Shown: positions 1 to 28,775, counted from the stretch's first letter. The stretch: 64,000 nt of DNA from Macrostomum hystrix (GCA_950097015.1 CATNEN010000038.1:7378001-7442000); one strand, 5' to 3'. The notes: generated by a model from the sequence alone, not told the origin. A program made the numbers and translations.

Positions 1-559
1 CTCTACTGCCCACATCGTCTCTCAGATTCGATTTGAAACTCAATTTTTAACATTTTTACTTACTTACTTACTCAGCCTTAATATAGAAGCAAATTGAGAA
101 CGGCAAACTTAATTAAAATTTACAAATTTAAAATCCTTCAGTCAATCAAGTTGATGCTCGCATGAGAAACTAGCCAGGTGCTCTGACACCTGAGTTATTG
201 TTTGACTTCAAGGCAGTATTTTGACTGACACGCTGTAGGGAGATGACAGGCAAGGGTTGAATAGGCAAACAGTTTTGTGCAATTTCAAACTTGCTTCTGT
301 GCGGACTGGGTCAATACAAACATAGTCCCGAAGAAAGGCCTAACAGATGAAGGAAAACTGACAGCTTGCATGCTTTGGGAAGTGACTTGTGCGGCCCAAG
401 CCAATCCATTTGGACTTTGATGAAAATCAGACATAACATGGACGGTGTCTGTAGGTAGCGAATGCTTCTCACATGTTTCCACATCCTATTTGTTTTATTG
501 CTTTACCGTACTTCTGCTTTTGGATCACTTTAGATATCTCTACTCTATCTTTATCTCCA

Positions 560-1858
560 TCTACTTCTCATCCCATCTCTCTTAAATTCTCATGCCATCT
601 CTCTACTTCTCATGCCATCTCTCTCTACTTCTCATGCCATCTCTCTACTTCTCATGCCATCTCTCTTAACTTCTCATGCCATCTCTCTCTACTTCTCATG
701 CCATCTCTCTCTACTTCTCATGCCATCTCTCTACTTCTCATGCCATCTCTCTTAACTTCTCATGCCATCTCTCTTAACTTCTCATGCCATCTCTCTCTAC
801 TTCTCATGCCATCTCTCTTAACTTCTCATGCCATCTCTCTCTACTTCTCATGCCATCTCTCTTAACTTCTCATGCCATCTCTCTTAACTTCTCATGCCAT
901 CTCTCTACTTCTCATGCCATCTCTCTCTACTTCTCATGCCATCTCTCTCTACTTCTCATGCCATCTCTCTACTTCTCATGCCATCTCTCTTAACTTCTCA
1001 TGCCATCTCTCTACTTCTCATGCCATCTCTCTCTACTTCTCATGCCATCTCTCTCTACTTCTCATGCCATCTCTCTACTTCTCATGCCATCTCTCTTAAC
1101 TTCTCATGCCCTCTCTCTCTACTTCTCATGCCATCTCTCTTAACTTCTCATGCCATCTCTCTCTACTTCTCATGCCATCTCTCTCTACTTCTCATGCCAT
1201 CTCTCTACTTCTCATGCCATCTCTCTCTACTTCTCATGCCATCTCTCTTAACTTCTCATGCCATCTCTCTCTACTTCTCATGCCATCTCTCTTAACTTCT
1301 CATGCCATCTCTCTCTACTTCTCATGCCATCTCTCTCTGCTTCTCATGCCATCTCTCTCTACTTCTCATGCCATCTCTCTCTACTTCTCATGCCATCTCT
1401 CTTAACTTCTCATGCCATCTCTCTTAACTTCTCATGCCATCTCTCTTAACTTCTCATGCCCTCTCTCTCTACTTCTCATGCCATCTCTCTTAACTTCTCA
1501 TGCCATCTCTCTTAACTTCTCATGCCATCTCTCTCTACTTCTCATGCCATCTCTCTTAACTTCTCATGCCATCTCTCTCTACTTCTCATGCCATCTCTCT
1601 TAACTTCTCATGCCATCTCTCTCTACTTCTCATGCCATCTCTCTACTTCTCATGCCATCTCTCTCTACTTCTCATGCCATCTCTCTCTACTTCTCATGCC
1701 ATCTCTCTCTACTTCTCATGCCATCTCCCTCTACTTCTCATGCCATCTCTCTCTACTTCTCATGCCCTCTCTCTCTACTTCTCATGCCATCTCTCTCTAC
1801 TTCTCATGCCATCTCTCTCTACTTCTCATGCCATCTCTCTCTACTTCTCATGCCATCT
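560..1858. repeat. Minisatellite, 20-22 bp unit
   Basis: ACTTCTCATGCCATCTCTCT(CT/TA). Confidence 0.97.
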
Positions 1859-1974
1859 CGGTCGTCTTTACTAATTTACTTCCGGCACCGTTGTCTACTT
1901 CTAAGACCACGTGATTATGCTCGATGTTCATCTATAATCGGGCAGTCAAAATATTGAAGGCCAGCTAAACTTAC

Positions 1975-18590
<16,616 letters not shown>

Positions 18591-18814
18591 TGCTGAATCT
18601 GATAATTAATTTTCTTTATTAAAATCGATTTTCGTTTCTGGGCTGAGTCCAGAAATTCAAAGGCATGATTGAAGTTTCGAAAAGAAATAAAAGTCTTAAT
18701 GAGTCTCTGCCCTTTTTCTGCTTCACATCTGAAGACTTCAGCCTCTTATTTTGGCCCTGTCCCCAAACAGTCCGCTGCTGATTGGACGGTCGACCAACCA
18801 ACCAGATCCGTTCA

Positions 18815-18998
18815 GCACAGCACAGCGGTTAATGCGATAGCCTCTTGCACCAATGTCCCGGAGTTCGATTTCGCGTCGAGGCCACATTTGTTTTGGGCCG
18901 CAGCAATGGAATTGAGAGTGTACACTGCCTGACGATGAGAAAGCGGAATTGGCAGGGTTGTCTACTTGTTGGCTGCGGTTCGTCACCAAATAGATGCT
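18815..18998 (+). mobile_element. SINE family A copy, internally deleted
   Basis: tRNA-like head, then GAGAGTGTACACTGCCTGACGATGAGAAAG and the tail GTCACCAAATAGATG. Confidence 0.7.
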
Positions 18999-19609
18999 AC
19001 AAACGAAAAATGTAATTACAATCCATGTAATGTCTATATCAGTTCGTCAATATCTTGACGCAGCGTTCAAATACTTCAGTTTTTAAGTGCTAACAAGTTA
19101 AACAAAATAATAATATTTTTCAAAGATTAGTCAGCTATAGTGATACAATCTACGCTTTTAATCACTAAGGCTTAGATGGTCTTGTAAAAAGCGAGACAAA
19201 GAGCTGGACAAAGACTGACACCCAGCCAGACATCTAAAAACGAAAAAGCAATTTGTAGAAGAACTGTTAAAACCTAAAAGATATTCCATCAACTGTGGCA
19301 ATAAATGTTTGGAAGGCTATATTCAATTAAGCAAATTACTGCACGCAACTTTTCACCCCCTCAGTGACATAAAAACTAACGCGAAAATGTTCATCAATTT
19401 TTTGGACGCCTTTTTATGTACAGACTGCCCCCGAGACTCATTTTGTTGAGTGGTTCGTAAGTTCGTATTGAATAGTTAGGATGGCTTCTGACACTTATGG
19501 CTTTATGACATTTGTCAAACTAGCGAAAAACAGGGCCGGGATATTGAAAACACCAAAATTGATTTTAAACTGTGTTTTTTAACGTATTTATCACACTTTT
19601 GCCACCCCG

Positions 19610-20714
19610 GCGAGTGGTCTAACAAACGCATGCTTTCATTTACCATAGACTACCATCTACCATAGCGAGTGGTCTATCTAACGCATGCTTTCATTTACTA
19701 TAGACTACCATCTACCATAGCGAGTGGTCTATCTAACGCATGCTTTCATTTACCATAGACTACCATCTATCATAGCGAGTGGTCTATCTAACGCATGCTT
19801 TCATTTACCATAGACTACCATCTATCATAGCGAGTGGTCTATCTAACGCATGCTTTCATTTACCATAGACTACCATCTACCATAGCGAGTGGTCTATCTA
19901 ACGCATGCTTTCATTTACCATAGACTACCATCTACCATAGCGAGTGGTCTATCTAACGCATGCTTTCATTTACCATAGACTACCATCTACCATAGCGAGT
20001 GGTCTATCTAACGCATGCTTTCATTTACCATAGACTACCATCTACCATAGCGAGTGGTCTATCTAACGCATGCTTTCATTTACCATAGACTACCATCTAT
20101 CATAGCGAGTGGTCTATCTAACGCATGCTTTCATTTACCATAGACTACCATCTACCATAGCGAGAGGTCTATCTAACGCATGCTTTCATTTACCATAGAC
20201 TACCATCTACCATAGCGAGAGGTCTATCTAACGCATGCTTTCATTTACCATAGACTACCATCTACCATAGCGAGTGGTCTATCTAACGCATGCTTTCATT
20301 TACCATAGACTACCATCTACCATAGCGAGTGGTCTATCTAACGCATGCTTTCATTTACCATAGACTACCATCTACCATAGCGAGTGGTCTATCTAACGCA
20401 TGCTTTCATTTACCATAGACTACCATCTATCATAGCGAGTGGTCTATCTAACGCATGCTTTCATTTACCATAGACTACCATCTACCATAGCGAGAGGTCT
20501 ATCTAACGCATGCTTTCATTTACCATAGACTACCATCTACCATAGCGAGAGGTCTATCTAACGCATGCTTTCATTTACCATAGACTACCATCTACCATAG
20601 CGAGTGGTCTATCTAACGCATGCTTTCATTTACCATAGACTACCATCTACCATAGCGAGAGGTCTATCTAACGCATGCTTTCATTTACCATAGACTACCA
20701 TCTACCATAGACTA
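19610..20714. repeat. Minisatellite, 55 bp unit, ~20 near-identical copies
   Basis: GCGAGTGGTCTATCTAACGCATGCTTTCATTTACCATAGACTACCATCTACCATA. Confidence 0.97.
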
Positions 20715-21370
20715 ACGCCAGTTACAAGCACGCAGGATGCATACTATACTTCCTAATAATTTTGTTGTCTGGGGGCCCAAAGGTTCGAGTTGTCGCGTTT
20801 AGTGACCAACCGTTCGCCGGCTGACCAATAGAAATGGCTTACTGAGGCTAAAATGTCTATGGCACAACAACAGTAATACCCCATGCTTTGGGGGCGTTAA
20901 TGGGAACTCCTCGGGCGCCAAACGGCGTAATAGTATAGCTTTTTGTATTCAGTTTAATAATTTTTGCGTCCAATTCTAGAATTTCAAATTTCGGAGCGTT
21001 CAAATAGATTTTTTTACACCCAGTGAAGGAAAATGGAAAGTGGAAAGGATGGGTAGGAATACAAGTGAACACCACATCAAAACCCAGACCCAAACAGACT
21101 TATGTACAAACAAGTACAGCGACAATGGACAAAGAGAGATTTTAAAATGCTACTCTTGAATTGAATGCAAAAGGCATTAGTATGCAAAAGTATACTAACA
21201 CCCATGCAAGCACGTGACCTTGCTGTTATTGTGCCATAGACATTTTTGCCTCTGTAAGCCATTCCGATTGGTCGAAGCCTTTTTTCCTGGTGGGTAATGG
21301 CTTGTAATCGCTCGTAATTGGTAATGGGTAATGGTTAATCTGAAAAGTTACCGTCATTAATAGTCTATGG
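20705..21370. mobile_element. Probable MITE with nested inverted repeats
   Basis: Outer IR CCATAGACTA / TAGTCTATGG and an inner ~53-bp IR at 20822-20875 vs 21222-21274. No clear TSD found. Confidence 0.5.
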
Positions 21371-22394
21371 CCAATTTACCAAACACGATTTTCTGCCCGC
21401 CGGGCAAAAAGGTCATGGAACAATAGGAAATATTACACATACTATACAACGACCACTAAAAGAAGTAGGACGGACACTTCGTTTCTTGGAAAATTTATTG
21501 AAGGCAGATTTTCACGCAAAAATGCGCTAGCAAAAATGCGCTAGCGCCAACTAACTTCTTCCAATAAAAAGTTATCAACATTATAATGTGAAAAAGAGAG
21601 AACTACTAAATACTCGGCAAGGGAAACAGGGCGATGTGTGCAGAAAAGTTTCGGTCACATTTTTTTAGTTTCCTTCTTGTCTTAAATTTAAGAAAGTCGA
21701 AATTTTCACCTTATGCTCAGAATTAAGCACTCTTTTACGTTTAATTATATCTGGCTGACAACAATAGCGAGGAAAATCATTCAGTATCGAGTATAATCAA
21801 ATTGAATTATGCTTTATTTTTATAATTTCTTGGCTTAAAACACTACTGGGCAGTAGTGTAACTGCGCATGAAAAATTTCGAACCGAAATGAAAACTTTAT
21901 ATGTAGTGAGCCGTGACCGTATTTGTTAATCAAAGAAGAAAAGCAAGACTAGTTTTTCGAAATTTTTAATGTACTCATACCGCCTATTTTGATGACCAGA
22001 TGTTAGAACTATTTGTAAAACTGACCGAAATCAAAGGTCTTTTATAATGATTCGGGAGCTTTGCATTATTCATACGTGTGTTGTAAGGAAAATTTTCTGA
22101 TTTGCGAATAGTTGACGACCAGGTCGATTTGGGCCGAAAGCGCATTACCAGTTTATTAAATTGGCTATCAGGCGAGCGAGCGAGCATGAACGAGATAAGA
22201 TATGGGGGACGAAAGGACAGCAAGGGGGGTTGGCGCAGGTGGGTCAAAATAGAGGGGGTGAGAGCGATCGATAACAAAGCGCGCTGGGGCAGGTGAGAGA
22301 TACAGAGATAACGTACAAGCAGGGTTAAACAACGTGTTTTTGTATTGTGTTTTATTTTACTCGTATTTTCCTATTTTTCACACTTTTAGTGAGA

Positions 22395-22640
22395 TTGTAG
22401 CAGGACTCATGACTTTGACTCATGAAATGTCGGGGCTTCGATTCCCGACTTCACTGGAATGTTTCGTGTACTTTAGAAAGACACTTAACTCTGCATTGCT
22501 TCTGTTAACCCAGCTGTTAAATGGGTACAAGCATCATCTGGGGTAGTTGAAGGTGGGTGTGGCGTCCCCCCTGTCCATGGACTGAACATCCGTACGCAGC
22601 CTTCAGAGATGTGCGGCGCCATAGCTGCGGCTGTGCTGTC
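22395..22640 (+). mobile_element. SINE family B copy
   Basis: AAGACACTTAACTCTGCATTGCTTCTGTTAACCCAGCTGTTAAATGGGTAC..GTCCATGGACTGAAC. Confidence 0.8.
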
Positions 22641-22809
22641 AGCTTCACATCAGATCTAATTGGGGCAGGTGTAATAAGTCATTGTTCTTTTATTACAATA
22701 ACTTACTAGCTAGTTTTAAAGATATTTTTATTTACGTAAAACTAACAATTTACGAGCCAGCTACCCAGTCATACCTTTAAAGCACAGAGTGCACACTCCG
22801 CTGTTATAA

Positions 22810-25062
22810 TCACACCTGCTCTACCAGCTTTCGCCTGAAGCTCTGCTTGAGGCTCCTGGACTGACCATATCTGGAGAGCTTCTCTTTCAGCTGCCTCTGA
22901 AGTTCGGCATCGTCGCAGAACTCCAACGCGATGGTCAGCTCGTAGACGTCGCTGTCCTCCCGTCGAGCTGTCTCCTGAAGCCAAGCGCGAGCGGCCGCAT
23001 CGTCAGGTGTCAGCTCGAGACGGAGGCCTTGCAGCAGGGCGTCGAAGTTCACGTAGAAGTAAGTCTTGTAGTTGTCCATGTCGAGCAGGAAGTTCTCACG
23101 GAGGACCCTCGGCAGAAAGTGGAGCGTCAGACGCTGCTCGAATTCAAAGCAGAACTTCCAGGCCGAGTCGCAGCTTTTCAAGTGACGCCACACGAACTCC
23201 TCTGTAGGCTTGGCTGCATCGTTGGACCACACAATGGCTCTGCTTACCTCGTGACCTCTGCAGCAGTTTAAGACATCAACGGCAGCCTCTCTTTGGCCGA
23301 ACTTCAGGTGAGTCAGCACCCGGAGACTCACTCGAGCTGAGAAGGCGCAGTCTGGCAGTCTGGGGATCATTGTCAGTAGAGACTCCTGGAGCTCGAGGCT
23401 GCAGCCGGATCCAGACAAGCGCAGCAGGGACTCTCGCACGGCGGTGTAGATCTCGTGGTAGTTCAGCTGCGTTCCAGAATCTGGCACGCGACTTTCTCGA
23501 ATGTCGGGAAGGATGAGAAACGGGTGGAAATAAAATGAGCCGGAGTCGTTCAAGGGCCTGAGAGTTGACGTGAATTTCATCAGAATCTGCGGCAGCTGGC
23601 TAATCACGCTCGTTAAAGCTGAAATCACACTTTGCAGTGCTTGGGACACATCCTGAGCAGTCTCTGGGCCGACTCCTTTCAGATAGAGGGCAGCATCGCA
23701 CAGGAAGAAGTGTTCCATTACCTTGGCGTTCTTGTTGCTCTTTGTGCAGTTCTCTCTCACGAAGCCCAGCAGCATCTCCAGTGACCGTCTTGTCAGATCC
23801 AAGAGATTTTCCGGCTTCCAGTCCTTGGCGGGAGTCTCTTCAACCATGCGGAACGTGATTGTTTTCGCATGGTAGGCCTTTAGTCCTTGCACATTGTATC
23901 CTTCTTTGTGATTGATCACCTTCTTTACCAGGTACTTGAGAATGATGAACAGCTGGCCTTGCAGTGTGCCTAGACTTCGCAGTAGTCGCCTCTCCAGGAA
24001 CGTCGTGCTCACTCGAAGCTGCTTGCCGGCTTCTCCAGAAGGCGCAGCGTGCACCACGTGACAGGCCGAGCTGCTCAGCTCATTTTGTAGTGAGCTCAGC
24101 ACAGCCTGGGGAAGGTTGGAGACTTTGATTCGCTCCGAAAGTAGGGGCGCGATCGGCGGGTAGCAACAAAGATTGCAGGTCTCAACAAAGTCCACCGCGG
24201 GTCTTAGGAAAGATCCTCGCAGTGGCTTTGCAGGGTTCGATGCTGCAACAGGAAGTTTTTAAACTTTGATTTGGACGTAAAGGTAAGACGAGAAGTTAAT
24301 TTTTATTCATAACTATAGCTAAATGATAATAATAATAACAGCAGCAGGGCTGCGGGGGAGGACACATTTGTCGACCCACAGCCAGCAAGGAGGCAATTCA
24401 GTCTATTCCGCTGACTCCTGAGCACGCACGCACACAGATACTGTACGCAGGCACACGCTCACGCAGGTGTGCACATCTGCCCTGACTTTCTTATCGTCTG
24501 ACAGTGTACACTCTCACTGTGTCTTGGAGTTTGGCTCTCAAGTGCGTAAATTGCACGACAAGCCCCCAGCCTTCTCTCTGGGGCTGCGTCCCAATTGAAT
24601 GTGGCCTCGCCGTGGAATCGAGCTCTGGGACCTTGGTGCGAGAGGCAAATGCATTAACCGCCCTCCCACCCACCTCTTTTGTTAGAAAAGTTAGAATTTA
24701 TGAGCAGAATCGAATTACCGAATCCAGCGCACAGCAGGTGGCCGTCAGCGCATTCCACCCGGGTTACAGGCTCGCTGCACTTGCACCAATCTTTGGGATG
24801 GTACAGTCTGCCCTGGATGACCTGCATCATGTCGATGTCTGACTCGACGTCTGTCACGCCGTCAACTCGCACTAGGCTGTTGCCCCAGCCCTCTGAGTAG
24901 CTCCCTAGCACGAAGATTCCGTCGTAGGGCACCCGGCGTCTTAGAATGAGCTGCAATGCGTCAGCGACAGAGGCCTGCAAGGCGGCCCGCGTGTCTGTGA
25001 ATCCGGACTTGCTCAGAGCCGAGTGCAGCTGCAGGCTCAGCTCCGCGTCGCTCGGAACAGGT
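22810..25062 (-). CDS. Mab-21/cGAS-like nucleotidyltransferase domain plus C-terminal helical region (two exons)
   Basis: GSYSEG (~24905), SDID (24831-24842) and a third Asp in VDFV (24184-24195). Mab-21 C-lobe motifs: LRVSTTFLERRLL, ILKYLVK, AYHAKTITF..E..P..W...L, MEHFFL. Confidence 0.88.
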
Positions 25063-28000
25063 CTGCAAACAAACAAACAAAAATATTTTTTGCAGACTCA
25101 GCAGTGGAATAAACTCACTCAGGTGAGCACATCAGTCTCAGCTTCTCATCTTCACTCTTACACTTTACTCCGTCCTGAGAGCCGCTAAGATAATATTAAT
25201 AATAATAATCATCTCCGGAGGCCTGTGTACAATGGCACATCATTTGGTGACACTAGAACAGCAGCCAGCGAGAAGGCAATTCTGCCCATTTCGCTGACTT
25301 CTGCAGGGAGCGCACACGCCACAGATTCTGTACGCAGTTATACGCTCACACAGGTGTGTACATCTGCCCTGACTTTCTCATCGTCAGGCAGTTTACACTC
25401 TCACTGTGCCTTGAAGGTTGGTCCTGAAGGGCGTAAATTGCACGACAGGCCCCCCAAACCTTCTCTTCGCGGCTGCGCCCCAATTTAATGTGGCCTGGCC
25501 GCGGAATCGAGTATAGGGACCTTTGTGCGAGAGGCAAGCGACTTCCCCGGGCTTTTAAGACTGAAATTCCTCAAGCCATTTCTCCGCCGCTGCGACCCCA
25601 AGGAGCGTTGTTTTAAAGCACATTATACGAGAATATTTTCCTTTCGGTCTTTCTAAATTCTCATCGTTTTGACAAGAAAAATGTACATATTAAGATTTCT
25701 AACTAACTTCGCTCACCCAAGGCTAAAAGTATCTTGCACACTCAATCCGGGTTCCTGTGTCGCGATCTTATCGATTTCGCCAGACTGCAGCGCTGCTCGA
25801 GCGTTGAGTATTGCGACCACTCGGTGATAGCCGTTGCGTGTCGCAATAAAAAGTGGCGACTCGCCATCGCGCCTGCACAGACTCATGTCAGCGTTCGCCA
25901 CAATGAGAGACTCCACCACTCGATCGTGGCCGTTTTGCGAAGCTAAAAATAAAGGCGTGCTTCCCTCTTCGTCTTGGTGATTGACATCGGCTCGTGCTGA
26001 GATCAGGCGTCGAACGATCTCATCGTGGCCATTCTGAGCAGCCACAGTAAGCGCGGATGCGCCAGACTTTGCTTGAATATTGACGGCGGCTTCGGCTGTG
26101 ATGAGTGACTCGACCACCTTTCGGTGGCCGTTTTGTGATGCAATGTACAGCGGGGTGCAGCCATTGGATTCTTGAATATCGACGTCGGCTTGCGCTTTGA
26201 TGAGTGAGAGAACCACACCATGGTGATCGTTCTGAGACGCCATAAACACGGGCGTAGCCCCAGCAGCTGACTGCAGGTTGACGTCTGCTTGAGCCGTCAG
26301 GAGCGTGTCGACAATCAGTCGGTGGCCCTTTTGCGAGGCGATGTAAAGAGCTGTGCATCCTTGAGATTCCTGATGGTCGATATCAGCTCCAGCTCGGATG
26401 AGCAAGTCCACAATCTGATGCTGTCCGTTTTGCGCAGAAATGTACAGTGGGGTGGATCCAGAGTCAGTCTGGATGTTGACGTCTGCTTTCGCAGAGATTA
26501 ACAGCTCAACCACCCGACAATGACCATTCTGGGAAGCCGTGTAGAGCGGCGAAGAGCTAAAGGATAGAAGATTTAAATTGGCACCTGCTTTTAAAAGATA
26601 TTTTACAACTTCATGGTGACCATTCTGTGATGCAAGGAACAGCGGCGACTCTCCTGATTTCGCCTGAGCGTTGACGTCAGCATTGGCTTTAATTAACAAA
26701 TCCGTGATTTTAAGATCACCGTTTTGTGAAGCTATGGCGAGGGGTGTTGCGCCATTGAAACTTGGCAGACCCACCTCAGCTCCCGACTTAATAAGAGCCG
26801 ATACAATTGAGCAATGACCGTTCTGAGACGCAATGTACAGTGGCGTGCAACCGTTCCACGTTTGTTGATCAACGTCGGCCTGAGCTTCTATGAGCAATTC
26901 GAGTACCTCAAGATGACCGTCTTGTGATGCCAATACCAGAGGCGAAGCGCCGTCTGCTGCTTTAAGGTTGACGTCAGCTTGCGCCTTTATTAGGGCGTCA
27001 GCAGACTTTTGCTGGCCATTTGATGACGCACTGTAGCTGAGAGCTGTGCGCCCAGCCGCATCCCGCATGTCAACTGCGGCTCTGGATTTGATGAGCAAAT
27101 TCACAATTTCTTGGTGGCCTTTTTGCACAGAAATGTGTAGCGGAGTGTAACCCTTGTCTGTCTGAATATTGACATCAGCTTTTGCAGATATAAGAAGGCA
27201 TGCCGCTCGGTAATGTCCTTTTTGTGATGCAATGAAGAGAGGCGATGTGCTGAAGTTGGTCTTGACATTTATGGTGGCTGTCGACTTAGCTAGCAGCAGT
27301 TCCATCACTTCGACATGATCGTTTTGCGATGCAACATAAAGAGGCGATGCGCTCTCGTTCATTGTCGTATCCACATCGGCGTTTGCATTGATGAGAAAAT
27401 TCACCACCCGATGATGGCCCTTCTGAGCTGCTATGTAGACCGGAGTCACTCCATCTTTTCTTTGAGTATTGACGTTAGCGCCGGCTTGAACAAGCTGCTC
27501 CACGATGTGCAGATGGCCCTGCTGTGAAGCAATGTCTAGCGGAGTCGAGCCAGTGTCCTTCTCAAGATTAACATCAGCATTTGCTTGGATCAGTAAGTCG
27601 ACAACATCGCCATGACCCCGCTGAGACGCGATGTACAAAGATGAAGCGCCAGAGTCTACTTGAGAGTTCACATCAGCCTGCGCTTTGATCAGCGATCGCA
27701 CAACTGAAACGTGACCGTTCTGCGACGCGAGGTACAGAGGCGTGCAGTCCTCAGAGTCGGGCAGGTTGACATCCGCCTGCGCTGAGATGAGCACCTCAAC
27801 AACCTGAAGACAGCCGCATTGAGCTGCAATGTAAAGAGCTGAGCACCCTGTGCTCTGCTGCAGGTTGACGTCCGCCTGAGCTGAGATTAGCAGCTGAGCA
27901 ATCTCAGCCTGACCAGAGATGCTCGTCAGGTGAATTGGCGCGAAGAAGTGGTTGTAGAACTTCATCGCTCTTTCGGTGTCCAGTCCCATCGCAATGGCCT

Positions 28001-28097
28001 GACGGACGAGCTGTGAGTTTCCACTTAGGATTGCCGTCTGCAGCTCTTGATCGGTTGGCCAGGACTTTTCACCGTCTTCTTTATCGATGCTTTTCAT
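22810..28097 (-). CDS. Ankyrin-repeat / Mab-21 (cGAS-like receptor, cGLR) nucleotidyltransferase fusion protein, ~1407 aa, 4 exons
   Basis: Exons 28097-25717, 25184-25119, 25062-24719 and 24242-22810 with canonical GT-AG junctions in phases 2, 2, 1. They sum to 4224 nt (1408 codons including the stop) with no internal stop. The start could instead be the in-frame ATG at 28154. Confidence 0.8.
24326..24672 (-). mobile_element. SINE family A copy in intron 3 of the ANK-cGLR gene
   Basis: Reverse-strand match to the family body, ending in an (ATT)n tail. Confidence 0.8.
25190..25540 (-). mobile_element. SINE family A copy in intron 1 of the ANK-cGLR gene
   Basis: Reverse-strand match; the (ATT)n-like tail abuts the acceptor of the 66-nt exon. 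Confidence 0.8.
25717..28097 (-). CDS. Ankyrin-repeat exon (~22 repeats of 33 aa) of the ANK-cGLR gene
   Basis: Repeats of TPLYIASQNGH..VV.LLI.A.ADVN in ORF 25713..28154. The ORF's stop overlaps a strong donor (GG|GTGAGC). Confidence 0.95.
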
Positions 28098-28535
28098 AGC
28101 TGCCTGCATGAGAAAAACAACCAGGACTTGAATTGCACGGAACACTGGCTGCATGCTTTTTAGAGGGCGAGCAGCTAGCTAACCGCTTAGCTGAGATTGG
28201 AAAATCTAACCGTATAGACTCGTCAAGCTATAGTAAGCTATGAGTAAAGACACACTGGCAGTAGCTGATAGTGTCGTTATGCACAGCCATTTTGGCAGAT
28301 TGCCTGTTAGATCGCAGTAAACTCCGTGACCAATGCGTCGAAAAAAACGTTTGCACTATTTAAATATTACACTCATAAGTGCTGTCTTGGTGAGCTGTCT
28401 TTACAGTCCCGTAGTCTTGTACAGCCTCGTGTACACTTTTAAACAGTGCCTCCTATTAGCATTCTCTATTCTCTTTGTAGCTGATATTTCGTAGATTATG
28501 CGCGAATAGCCGTCACGACTGCATTCACAATAGCC

Positions 28536-28775
28536 TGGGGGGTGAGTGGCAGAGCAGTCTAACGCGTATGCACCGCGCGGTCTCACACCAAGGTCCCTGA
28601 GCTCAATTCCGCGGTTGAGGTCATATTAATTTGGGGCGCAGCCGCGGAGAGAAGGCTTGAGAGCTTGTCGGGAAATGTACTCCCTGTTGGGCCAACCTTC
28701 TAGGCACAGCGTTGACAATGAGAGAGCCAATGGCAGATGTACACAGATGTATGAGGGTGCCTGCGTACAGTACAG
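28536..28775 (+). mobile_element. SINE family A copy
   Basis: A-box-like GTGGCAGAGCAGTCTAACGCG, a degenerate B box, and the family body. Confidence 0.75.

Noticed and set aside
285-482. ORF as the terminal exon of the anosmin-like gene
   Set aside because: I found no convincing phase-0 acceptor giving FN3-like sequence, so it is left unassigned.
473-1957. Low-complexity ORFs here and at 3263-4038, 14967-15959, 33294-34151, 51050-51887, 52605-53510, 54617-55246, 57097-58514, 59219-60003 and 61429-62193
   Set aside because: These are translations of minisatellites, mostly intronic, whose units happen to lack stop codons.
19610-20714. CRISPR-like array (also considered for 35399-37362 and 49257-49960)
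   Set aside because: The units are identical end to end with no unique spacers, there are no cas genes, and the context is eukaryotic.
25713-28154. Ankyrin ORF as a stand-alone single-exon gene
   Set aside because: Its stop overlaps a consensus donor in phase with the downstream exons. The fusion model is preferred, although an unspliced ANK-only isoform cannot be excluded.
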